The notes beneath the pieces are model-generated. The model worked only from the letters and a program-made list of their open reading frames with translations. It made no database searches and was not told the origin of the DNA. The translations under genes and the position numbers were made by a program. A stretch of DNA of 64,000 nt, taken from the IMG/VR virus record IMGVR_UViG_3300043464_001377; one strand, given 5' to 3'. Within the stretch, counting starts at the first letter, position 1. Each line of letters starts with the position of its first letter. Source of the DNA: an uncultured virus (IMG/VR IMGVR_UViG_3300043464_001377). Its lineage: Duplodnaviria; Heunggongvirae; Uroviricota; Caudoviricetes. Positions 55,690 to 64,000 of this stretch are shown here, in pieces.

Positions 55690-56505
55690 ATGACCACCTT
55701 CCACCGCTTCGCCAACCTGACCAAGCCCGCCAAGCAGGCCGCGTGCCCGTGCATCCGCTGCGGTGGCGGCGGCTACGTTCACAGCGTCGTCGAGGGCGGC
55801 GTGTGCTTCCGGTGCCGTGGACACCGTCAAGACCCGACGCACCGGGACTGGGCATTCCCGCAGGCCTGGACCGACGAGCAGTGCCAGGGCTTCCTCGACG
55901 GCAAGCACGAGGCCGCCAAGGCTCGCCGCGAGGCCAAGGCCGCTGCGGAGAAAGCCTCGATCGCCGCCGCCTGGAACGCGAACCTCGAAGCCTGCCCGGC
56001 CCTGGCCGAGTTCGCCCAGTTCGTGAACTTCGTTCCCGGTGACGAGCCCAAGGCGACGTGGCCCGACGTCCCACGGTTCTCGACAGCCTGGGAATCTCAG
56101 TTCGCTGCCGACATCGTCCACAAGGCACGCCGGTACAGGCTCTCGGACAAGCAAGTCTCGCTAGTCTCGTCCGTCCGGGCCAAGATCACGGAGCGGGCCA
56201 CGAAGGCCGCTATCGAGGCCGAGACGGCTGTCGCCGTCGAGCCGGGGCGGCGGGAGATCACCGGCGAAGTGCTGGCGGTCAAGGCGTACTCCCAGTCGTA
56301 CGGACACCGCCTGACCACGACGATCAAGATTCTCGTCCGGTGCGACGGCTTCAAGGCCTTCGGGACGGCTCCTGCCTCGATCGCCGACACGGTCGCCAGG
56401 GGCGACCGGGTCACCCTGACGGCGACGATCAAGCCCAAGGAAGTCGGATTCGTGACGTTCTCGCGGCCGACGAACGCGACCCTCGACAAGCCCGTTCCGG
56501 CTTGA
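55690..56505 (+). CDS. Zn-finger plus probable OB-fold protein
   Basis: CIRCGGGG...GVCFRCRG; C-terminal RGDRVTLTATI...FSRP. Confidence 0.7.
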   Translation: MTTFHRFANLTKPAKQAACPCIRCGGGGYVHSVVEGGVCFRCRGHRQDPTHRDWAFPQAWTDEQCQGFLDGKHEAAKARREAKAAAEKASIAAAWNANLEACPALAEFAQFVNFVPGDEPKATWPDVPRFSTAWESQFAADIVHKARRYRLSDKQVSLVSSVRAKITERATKAAIEAETAVAVEPGRREITGEVLAVKAYSQSYGHRLTTTIKILVRCDGFKAFGTAPASIADTVARGDRVTLTATIKPKEVGFVTFSRPTNATLDKPVPA

Positions 56506-56555
56506 GTTGTACGGACACAGACACCCCTTCACCCCGAGACAAGGAGACTTGAGAC

Positions 56556-56987
56556 ATGGGAATCGACATCGGACCTCGCGAGGCTGTCACGAGCCGGTTT
56601 TTCACGCTGCCGCAGGACGTGCCCAATCCGCACCACGACAAGCGGTGCAAGTACGGGCTCCGGGGCGTGAGGAAGTTCGGCGCCGGGGTCGTCGTTCACG
56701 CCGTGGACTACGAGCAGAAGTACGTGATCGACGGCGTCGAGAAGGTGCAGCAGACGACGGAGTACCGCACCGACGGGGCTGGGTTTCTGCCGCCAGACCT
56801 CGCCGAGGCCTTCGCGAAACTTGACCCCCGCGACGATCGTGGGCCGCAGACCCTCAAGGAGGCCGCTGCCGAGTGCGGAATCTCTGTCGGCTGTCTGTGC
56901 GAGTACGCCGTGAAGCATCTGCTCAACAGCGGCAAGTTGACGGTGCAGGACGTTATCGACGCCTACGATTCAGCCCCGGTTGAGTGA
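56556..56987 (+). CDS. Hypothetical protein
   Basis: AAGGAG RBS and ORF. Confidence 0.6.
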   Translation: MGIDIGPREAVTSRFFTLPQDVPNPHHDKRCKYGLRGVRKFGAGVVVHAVDYEQKYVIDGVEKVQQTTEYRTDGAGFLPPDLAEAFAKLDPRDDRGPQTLKEAAAECGISVGCLCEYAVKHLLNSGKLTVQDVIDAYDSAPVE

Positions 56988-57108
56988 AGGAGAGACTTCC
57001 CAGGACTGACTGACGGCGGCCAAGGCGGCGGCCGTCCTGTCCAGACTGTCCAGGCAGGCGGGCTGAAAAAAGGCCTCAAAAACCCCTGTTTTTCCCGTGT
57101 TTTCAGGG

Positions 57109-57160
57109 TGTGTCATACGGAAAGATTTTCCTTGACTTCACTCCGGATATCAGCGATACT
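57109..57160 (+). promoter_or_regulatory. Repeated promoter copy 4
   Basis: TGTGTCATA...TTGACT-N17-GATACT; about 50 nt near-identical to copy 3. Confidence 0.8.
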
Positions 57161-57205
57161 TGTCGCAGACGAGTGAACGACGCCCGTCGCCAAAGGAGCC
57201 AAGAC

Positions 57206-58156
57206 ATGAACAACCTGAGCCCCGTCGAAGTCGACGTCCTGTACCTCGCCCGCCTCGCGGCGGCCGACGTCGCACAGCGTCAGTTCGGCTACGCCTGCGA
57301 CCGTCTCCTCTACGCCTTCGCCCACAAGGTCTACGCTCACAGCAAGCAGTGGTTTCTGCATCCCGATTCGACGCTCGACTCCAAGGCGTCGTTCGGTGAA
57401 CTGGCCCAGGCGAGCATCTCGCTGACCGACCTCGTCGCCGTGCTGCGGGGCCGCAATGCCTCTGGCGCCGCCAGGGAGATCGCCGCCTGGGAGCAGGCCA
57501 AGGACAAGGCCGCCGAGGCCTGGGATTCCTGCGAAGAGTGCGAGACGGAGTACCAGTCGCGGCCCTGGTCGCGGTACTGGCTCGTGACGTCGAGCGACGG
57601 TCATATCCACGCCAGCCGGGGCTGCTCGACGTGCAACAAGGGCCGCAACGCGACCGGGTTCGCGCTGGCCGCCTACCTGAGCGGCAAGCCCGTTGCCGAG
57701 GCCGTCGCGGACCTGGGGCCCGCCCTGTGTTCGGTCTGCTTCCCCGACGCCCCCGTCGAGTCCACGGAGCAAGCCCGCATCTCGGCGAGGCTCGCCCTCG
57801 CTCTCCGCGAGGAGGGCTGCGAGGCCTTCAAGAGGGCCCGCCTGGAGGCCGCAGACAAGGCTGTCGCCAAGGCTGCGTTGCAGTGCCCAGGCTCAGGCCA
57901 GCAGGGCGTGAAGGACGCCAGGCCTGGGTACACGTACTGGCATGTCTGCCCGTGCTGCGGCGAGGCCAGCCGCAAGACCTCGACGGGCAAGATTCGCCCG
58001 CACCGCAAGCCGCTGTTCTACGTGGAGAACGCCGACTATAAATGCTGGACCGGCGCTGGCTGGGGCCCGGCCACGAAGAAGGCGATCTTCGAGAACAAGA
58101 CCGAGGCGGCGACCGTCGCGGCGACGTGCCCCGGCGCCATCGTCCGGAGGAAGTGA
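57206..58156 (+). CDS. Cys/His-rich phage protein
   Basis: WSRYWLV..GHIH..CSTC...LCSVCFP.AP...CPGSG...CPCCG...IRPH. Confidence 0.7.
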   Translation: MNNLSPVEVDVLYLARLAAADVAQRQFGYACDRLLYAFAHKVYAHSKQWFLHPDSTLDSKASFGELAQASISLTDLVAVLRGRNASGAAREIAAWEQAKDKAAEAWDSCEECETEYQSRPWSRYWLVTSSDGHIHASRGCSTCNKGRNATGFALAAYLSGKPVAEAVADLGPALCSVCFPDAPVESTEQARISARLALALREEGCEAFKRARLEAADKAVAKAALQCPGSGQQGVKDARPGYTYWHVCPCCGEASRKTSTGKIRPHRKPLFYVENADYKCWTGAGWGPATKKAIFENKTEAATVAATCPGAIVRRK

Positions 58157-58162
58157 AGGCCC

Positions 58163-58215
58163 TGTGTCATAGCCCATGCCGGGCTCTTGACATCACTGCG
58201 GATAACGCATATGAT
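58163..58215 (+). promoter_or_regulatory. Repeated promoter copy 5
   Basis: TGTGTCATA...TTGACA-N17-TATGAT. Confidence 0.8.
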
Positions 58216-58805
58216 CTAGGCAGACGGTTGAACGAGACGCAAGCCCAAGGAGACAGGACGATGAGACACAAAAAGACGGCACGGCCGAGCAGGGCGCAGT
58301 TGACTGCAATTGGCAAGGTTCACTCGGAGTGCAAGCGGCTTGGAGCCAACTGCTGCAAGCGGCCCGACGGCATCGCAGGCAGAACGTGGAGCAAGTGCTA
58401 CGAGATGGGCTACATCACGACTGCGGCCAGAGATGGCAGCACGCCGCTGGTGCGAGTCGGCTCGCACGGCATGGGCTGGGTGTCGTCGATCGTGGACGGC
58501 TGATTGTCTGGACATCATCACCTACAGGAGTCACGACCGTGACCGACAAACTGATCCGCGTCCCTGCGAAGTTCTACCACGACCACGACGAGCGCGGCTG
58601 CGAGCCGTTCTGCGAGCCCGTGAAGCAGTCGAGCCGATTCGTCTGGCTGCGGCCCGACGACCCCGGCCTCGACGAACTGCTCGACGACGCCCGGCACTAT
58701 TCGGACGAAGACCAGTTCGGCGAGTGGGGTTCCGAGAACCGTGGCATCTGCAAATCCGCAGCGGCGACTGTCAGGGCGATCGAAGCAGCCAGGAAATGAA
58801 TGTCT

Positions 58806-58857
58806 TGTGTCATAGGCTGACCGTCCGCTTGACTTCACTACGCATGTCGCATATGAT
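58806..58857 (+). promoter_or_regulatory. Repeated promoter copy 6
   Basis: TGTGTCATA...TTGACT-N17-TATGAT; leader shared with copy 5. Confidence 0.8.
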
Positions 58858-58903
58858 CTAGGCAGACGGTCGAACGAGACGCAAGCCCAAGGAGCAGAAA
58901 CCC

Positions 58904-59185
58904 ATGAGCGATTTTCAAGTCGGTGAAAACGTGTTCGCCCTCGTGAACGACAGGACGGCCGTCGTCGAGTGCAAGATCGTGAGCGTCACGGGCTGGATCG
59001 GCGCGGAGTACATCGTCGAGTCCCTGGGCGGCCACGAACTGAGCGGCAGGGACCGATACAAGGGAGATAGCAGCCTGTTCCGGAGCAAGCCCAAGGCCTG
59101 GGCCGCCGTCGCCGCGAAGTGGGCTGCGGTGCGAGACGTCGCCGAGTTGAACCGCGCGAGGGCTGTCGACCAGTCGATCGCCTGA
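58904..59185 (+). CDS. Hypothetical protein
   Basis: AAGGAG RBS downstream of promoter 6. Confidence 0.6.
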   Translation: MSDFQVGENVFALVNDRTAVVECKIVSVTGWIGAEYIVESLGGHELSGRDRYKGDSSLFRSKPKAWAAVAAKWAAVRDVAELNRARAVDQSIA

Positions 59186-61254
59186 CCGAGACTTGCAGAC
59201 TTGTTCGGACACACACACAAGCAAGGGAGCCATGCCGTGAAGTCACACTTTTACATCTCGTTCCGGCCAGACCTGAGTCAGGCTCGACCTTACGCCGCCG
59301 TGCAATGCGGGGCTGGGTTTTTGCATCGGCTGCTGTCTGGCCTCCGTGGATTCGAGACGCTCGAAGACGCGGTCGCGTGGTCTCGCAAGTTCGAGAAGGA
59401 GAGCGGGTTCGTTCTCGTGTCGGCAGACTCGCTGCCGGAGTGGTTCGTGAAGTGGGGCCCCAAACCCACCGGCGCCGTGACGCTGCCGGTCGAAGTTGTC
59501 TACTCGAACTAGGAGACCATCCGTTCGCAACCACAGAGATCAACTCGATCCTGAAACTCGCGACGGTCGCGAGTTCGGCAACGCAGGCCAAGCGGGGCGT
59601 GAGCCTCGCGGTGACGGAGAAGGCCAAGTGAACAGCGCAACCATCAATCCCGACGGAAAGTTCCACAGGCACCCAGACGGCGGCTACTACTGCGGCTGCA
59701 TCACGACGCTCGACGGGGCTCCGGCCTTGATCGTCTTCCGGACGGTCAAGGGCCAGAACGGCGGGGGCCGCGACCCTTACTGGGCCACGACCGCGACCGT
59801 GCGGCCGTACCCGGACGCAGTGGCGAGCGAACTCCAGGCAATAGGGCGGGAGGGCTCGCCCATCATCAAGAACGGCTTCACCAAGAAGCAGGCCACGGAC
59901 GTGTATCGGGTCGTGCGTGGCGGGTTCGTGACCGACGGCACCGTCGCGCGGAGAGTTGTCTGAGGCTCGAAGAATCGTTTGGACACGCACACACAAAGGA
60001 GACCCAATCGTGAAGACCAAGACCAAGATCGAGATCGGCACCACGTACCCGCACTACTGGCAGAACCGCTACGTGACTGCGGAAGTGGTGTCCCGCCAGA
60101 AGAACGGACGCCGGTGGCTGTGGAGGGTTCGGCTCACGGAAAGCCAGCAGCCCGTTCGCCGAGCGGAGTCGCAGTGCATCGTCGAGTTCGACACCACTAC
60201 GAAGGGCATCAAGGACAGTATCGACTACATTGCCTCGCTGCCGTGCTACGGCCCGGTGAGCCGGAGTACGTGCGTCGTGCAGTGGATCGACTTCCCAGGC
60301 CACGGCCTGTGGTGCGAGATTCGCGAGGAGATCACCTACAACCAGGGCCGCAACACGCACTGGACGAAGAGCGAGTACGGCGACGCCGAGTCGCTGCTCG
60401 CCAGCGGAGATGCCGTTCGAGTTTCGTGAGACTTGACCTAGACTTGCACCAATCATTGGGAGACTTGAGCCATGAAAGAGTACAGAATCGCGTTCGTGAC
60501 TGCCGCAGGAGACTGGGACATCGCAGAGACCTTCACGGCCGTGGACGACGAAGCAGCCAACGCATACGCCGAGGAGAACTACCCCGGCCAGGAGTGGTAC
60601 GTGCTGGACGACCAGTTGGTGAACATCAACGGAGACACCTACCCATGACCACCCGCGACTACTCAGGCGTGTACCTGGGCCTCACGACGCACGCCAAGTT
60701 CTGGGCCGCGCTGGAGGCGATTCAGCAGTACATCGACAACGGCAACGACGCGATCTACGACATCGAGCCGGAGCGGCGAGACGAGTTCAACGCGAGGCTC
60801 GCGGCGGCGGAAGAACTGCGGGACAAGTTGGAAGACGTGCTGGCCTCGCTGGGAGATAAGGCGTGAAGAACGCACCTTGACAGATTTTGTACGGACACGC
60901 TACCACTTGCCACGCTACGGAGGAGCCATGAACGATCGCCAGCCAGTCACCATCACGCTCACGCCAGCCCAGGCCGACCTCGTCGCGAAGTTGCTCGCCA
61001 ACGAGGCGATCAAGGTTCGCCGCCTCGTCGACAAGGCGAACGAGAGCATCGCGTACTGCGACCTGAGCGGAAAGTACACCGGCTTCGCGGAGATGCGGCA
61101 GCAGAGGCACGAGCAAACCGAGCGTCTCGTTCGCGAGGCTCTCGCAGTTCTGTCATACGCACGAACGACCCCTTGACGATCTCGCAACCATTCCCGATAG
61201 TTCGCACAGTTGTACGGATACGCAACACTACGCAACACAAGGAGACGCAAAGCA

Positions 61255-61722
61255 ATGCAAACATTCCTGCCCCTGCCATCGTTTCGCGACTCGGCCCGCT
61301 GCCTCGACGACCGTCGTCTCGGCAAGCAGCGAGTCGAGGCCAAGCAAATCCTCATCGCTCTCGGCGTGCCCGTCGGCCAGCACGACGGCAACCCGGCGAG
61401 CCGCTGGAAGAATCATCCCGCCGTCAAGGCCTGGTACGGCTTCGAGCGTGCCCTGGCCCACTACGCGATCGCCGTCTGCGACGAGTGGGTCGCGCGGGGT
61501 TTTCAGGACACACTAACCTCGCAGTTCGTTGAGGCCAGCGAGTGGATTCGCCTGACCTACGCCGACATCGCGCCGAGCAGCGTCGCCGGTCTTCCTGGGT
61601 GGCTGGGGCTCCCTGAGTTCCATGCCAGCCATCGCTCCAACCTTCTCCGGAAACTGCCGGAGCATTACTCGCGGTTCGGGTGGTCCGAGCCCGCTGATCT
61701 TCCGTACGTGTGGCCCGTCTGA
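61255..61722 (+). CDS. Pyrimidine-dimer DNA glycosylase/endonuclease V-like (MSMEG_6728 family)
   Basis: MQTFLP..F..SA..LD.RRLGKQRVEA.QIL...W.NHPAV..W...HASHRSNLLRK...Y...LPYVWP. Confidence 0.88.
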   Translation: MQTFLPLPSFRDSARCLDDRRLGKQRVEAKQILIALGVPVGQHDGNPASRWKNHPAVKAWYGFERALAHYAIAVCDEWVARGFQDTLTSQFVEASEWIRLTYADIAPSSVAGLPGWLGLPEFHASHRSNLLRKLPEHYSRFGWSEPADLPYVWPV

Positions 61723-61748
61723 CAACCAAGAAGAAAGGAATCTTGACC

Positions 61749-62333
61749 ATGGAAACGATTGTTGTGTCTCGCGAAATCAAGTTCGATCGGAAGTCGCAGC
61801 CGGAAGTGCTGCGAGACCTCGAACGCCTCAAGGAGGCAGGGTTTTCGGTCTTCCGCAAGGAAGAGCAGCAAGCCCCTGTCGCTGAAGTGAAAGCGAAGCC
61901 GAAGACGGACGAGGCCAATGACATTCGCCGTGTAGTCGAGTCGATCCGTGAGCGGCACGGCATCAGCCTGGACCGCATCGGCGCCCTCGTTGGCGTGACC
62001 GGAGGCGCCGTGGCTAACTGGGCTTCGGGCCGACGTTCGGCGTCGGCCGAGTCGTGGCGGCTGCTGTCTCGGCTCAAGCGGCGATCAGACTCGCTGCCGC
62101 CGCGAAGCGAAACGCTGATCGCCGAGGCCAGCGGTGCGCTGAAGGGCCGACGACTCGTCAAGGGCCGTGGATGGCAGCATCGGAGAACAAGCGAGGACGA
62201 TCGACTCCAGATGGCGATCCTGCGGTTCGACGAAGGCGTCGGCATCGAGGAGATCGCCGAGAAGTTTAGCGTCTCGGCCGGGACCGTGTATCGAGTGATC
62301 CGTGACTTTGAAACCAAGAAGGAGGAAGTCTGA
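61749..62333 (+). CDS. Double-HTH regulator (XRE-like plus C-terminal HTH)
   Basis: ISLDRIGALVGVTGGAVANWASG; IEEIAEKFSVSAGTVYRVI. Confidence 0.75.
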   Translation: METIVVSREIKFDRKSQPEVLRDLERLKEAGFSVFRKEEQQAPVAEVKAKPKTDEANDIRRVVESIRERHGISLDRIGALVGVTGGAVANWASGRRSASAESWRLLSRLKRRSDSLPPRSETLIAEASGALKGRRLVKGRGWQHRRTSEDDRLQMAILRFDEGVGIEEIAEKFSVSAGTVYRVIRDFETKKEEV

Positions 62334-62335
62334 CC

Positions 62336-62731
62336 ATGCCCAAGATCACCATCGAGATCGAAGACACGCTGCAAGAGCGTGTCGACTCGGCGATCGACGA
62401 AGTTCGAGACTTGCTCAAGTCTTACGTTCGACGCGAGGAGCCCGAAGACCTGCCGTGCCTGCACAACGACCTCGACTACTCGGGAGACGTTCACTCGATC
62501 ATCGACGGATCGGTGCCGTTCCGGACGAGCGAGATCGAGGCGACGTGGTACTTGCACGGCCAAGACTTGGAGGAGGCGTACGAGACCGTCGGGATCGGCA
62601 CGAATCCCCGCGAGAACCATGGCATGACGGCTATCTACTGCTACATCGAGCAGAAGGTGGCTGAGTGGTATCACGGCCACGCCCAAGCAGTGTTCGATGA
62701 GGCCCTCAAAGAAGAAGGAGACGACGAATGA
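62336..62731 (+). CDS. Hypothetical protein
   Basis: AAGGAGG RBS and ORF. Confidence 0.6.
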   Translation: MPKITIEIEDTLQERVDSAIDEVRDLLKSYVRREEPEDLPCLHNDLDYSGDVHSIIDGSVPFRTSEIEATWYLHGQDLEEAYETVGIGTNPRENHGMTAIYCYIEQKVAEWYHGHAQAVFDEALKEEGDDE

Positions 62732-63081
62732 AGAACTCGATTCGTGTGATCCATCCCTACTGGGACAACGGCTCCCTCGTGTTCGACGACCCCGCCGTGG
62801 GGCTCGTCAAGGAGCCGTTCGTCGCCGGTGCGGATTCGGTGCTGGGCTCCCTGGCGGAACGAGTCCCAGGCTGCTCAGAGCAGTTCACGCTGGTGTTCTC
62901 GGACGAGAAGTTCCCTGGACATCAGACGTCGTTCCGGCTCGTTGGGCCGGAGTACGGCGGCAACTGGTATGCGTGCGATGACCTGGGTGGAGTTCATGGA
63001 TGGCTCTGCCCGGCGCTCTTCAAGTACTTCGCGAAGGCGCCGGAGCGTCTCTACATCCAGATCAAGGAGTGCGAGGCATGA
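62728..63081 (+). CDS. DUF6717-like protein
   Basis: NSI.VIHPY...VFDD..GLVKEPFVAGAD...GGNWY...GWLCPALFKYF..AP..LY. Confidence 0.75.
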   Translation: MKNSIRVIHPYWDNGSLVFDDPAVGLVKEPFVAGADSVLGSLAERVPGCSEQFTLVFSDEKFPGHQTSFRLVGPEYGGNWYACDDLGGVHGWLCPALFKYFAKAPERLYIQIKECEA

Positions 63082-63688
63082 TGAAGATTGTCGTCTCCGA
63101 AACGTATCGCGTCAGCGAGCGAGTTGTGCTGGCTCGCGGCGATACGTTTCGGGCGTCGGGAGGGCCGTACTGGAAAGGCCCAAACGGCGAGAAAGTCGCC
63201 GTGAAGGCCAGAGGTCCGTACACGTTCCACTCGCACTGCGCGAAAGGCTCCTGCGAGTGGATCAACGCTACAGACCGCGACGGCCAGTACGCTGTCTTGC
63301 ATATCGCCGGGCGACGAAAAAGCCCGGCGGGGCTGGTGCCGAGGCCCCATAAGATTCTCGGCAAGAAACGAAAGGGGAAGAAAAATGCTCGCTGATGGAC
63401 GCTCAGTGTGGGTCGCCTGGGCTGGGATATCGACCAGCGAACGGGTGGCAGTAACCGAACTTTACCAAGCCGACGTCGTGAGCGGGGCAGACCGTCTCGT
63501 GCGGCGGCGAGAAGACGGAAGGCTGCGAGTCTTGTGCTTCGAGAAAGTCTTTGAAAAAGAGGCCGAAGCGAAGTCGCACATCGCTGCCACGCTCGACTCA
63601 TATGTCTCTGCGATTCAGACGATCGCCAGTCGGTATCGGTAGTTTTTGTACGGACACACTCTCTCGCAGAACAGAAAGGATTCTGGAC

Positions 63689-63970
63689 ATGCTCGACACG
63701 TATACCCAGGTCATCGTCGACGAGTTCCGCAAGCACGAAGCCTTCGCAGAGCGGGCCAGGAAGTGGCTCGCCGATGCCGACACGCAGTCGCTCTCGGCGT
63801 CTGAACGTGAGGCCTACCTCGCCAAGTCCATACAGGCGACGTGCCTGCTCTCCATGATGAAAGTCCGGGCGCCTGACTTCGCTCACTCGATCCTGCTCAG
63901 GGCCTTCGACGAGATCGACTGGCAGGAGGCAGCGAAGGCCCTGTATTTCGTGAAACCGGAACTCAACTAG
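63689..63970 (+). CDS. Hypothetical protein
   Basis: AAGGA RBS and ORF. Confidence 0.55.
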   Translation: MLDTYTQVIVDEFRKHEAFAERARKWLADADTQSLSASEREAYLAKSIQATCLLSMMKVRAPDFAHSILLRAFDEIDWQEAAKALYFVKPELN

Positions 63971-64000
63971 GAGGCGTACCAATGGACAAGAACAAGTTCT

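Larger units (their letters stand above)
1..64000 (+). mobile_element. Tailed dsDNA phage/prophage genome segment (siphovirus-like, HK97-type head), probably temperate, probable Planctomycetota host
   Basis: Ordered HNH-terS-terL-portal-protease-capsid-neck-tail-tape measure module, tyrosine recombinase, dense small ORFs; no host housekeeping genes seen. Confidence 0.95.

Overview
A 64-kb, GC-rich segment of a tailed dsDNA phage or prophage (HK97-like head, long non-contractile tail), almost entirely coded on the + strand. The host is probably a Planctomycete, inferred from a DUF1559-type prepilin N-terminus. Layout: (1) 1-2.1 kb, small genes separated by five attC-like hairpins, one gene duplicated; (2) 2.1-5.5 kb, accessory and nucleotide-metabolism genes plus an HNH nuclease; (3) 5.5-6.0 kb, CpG-poor non-coding stretch (probable cos/pac region); (4) 6.0-8.1 kb, terminase, whose large subunit Walker A is split by a 51-nt hairpin insert with an in-frame TAG between two GGC codons (candidate ribosomal bypass); (5) 8.2-23.5 kb, very enlarged head module in which portal, a ~2380-aa protein, prohead protease and a 633-aa protein carry GNAT-, ART-, zincin-, glycosylase- and HiPIP-like domains punctuated by 13 copies of an R-x(1-4)-C-x(10-11)-C Gly-rich motif; (6) 23.7-40.5 kb, capsid, neck and tail genes with a -1 frameshift chaperone; (7) 40.5-45 kb, nucleotide hydrolases, tyrosine integrase and HTH genes; (8) 45-51 kb, two Y-RNA-like ncRNAs with a Ro60/TROVE gene, then an AAA+ ATPase with three vWA-like paralogs; (9) 51-64 kb, small early-type genes behind repeated sigma70-like promoters, with a dispersed GTNYGGAYAC motif. 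No replication or lysis genes were recognised. All family calls come from motif recognition by eye; no database searches were run.
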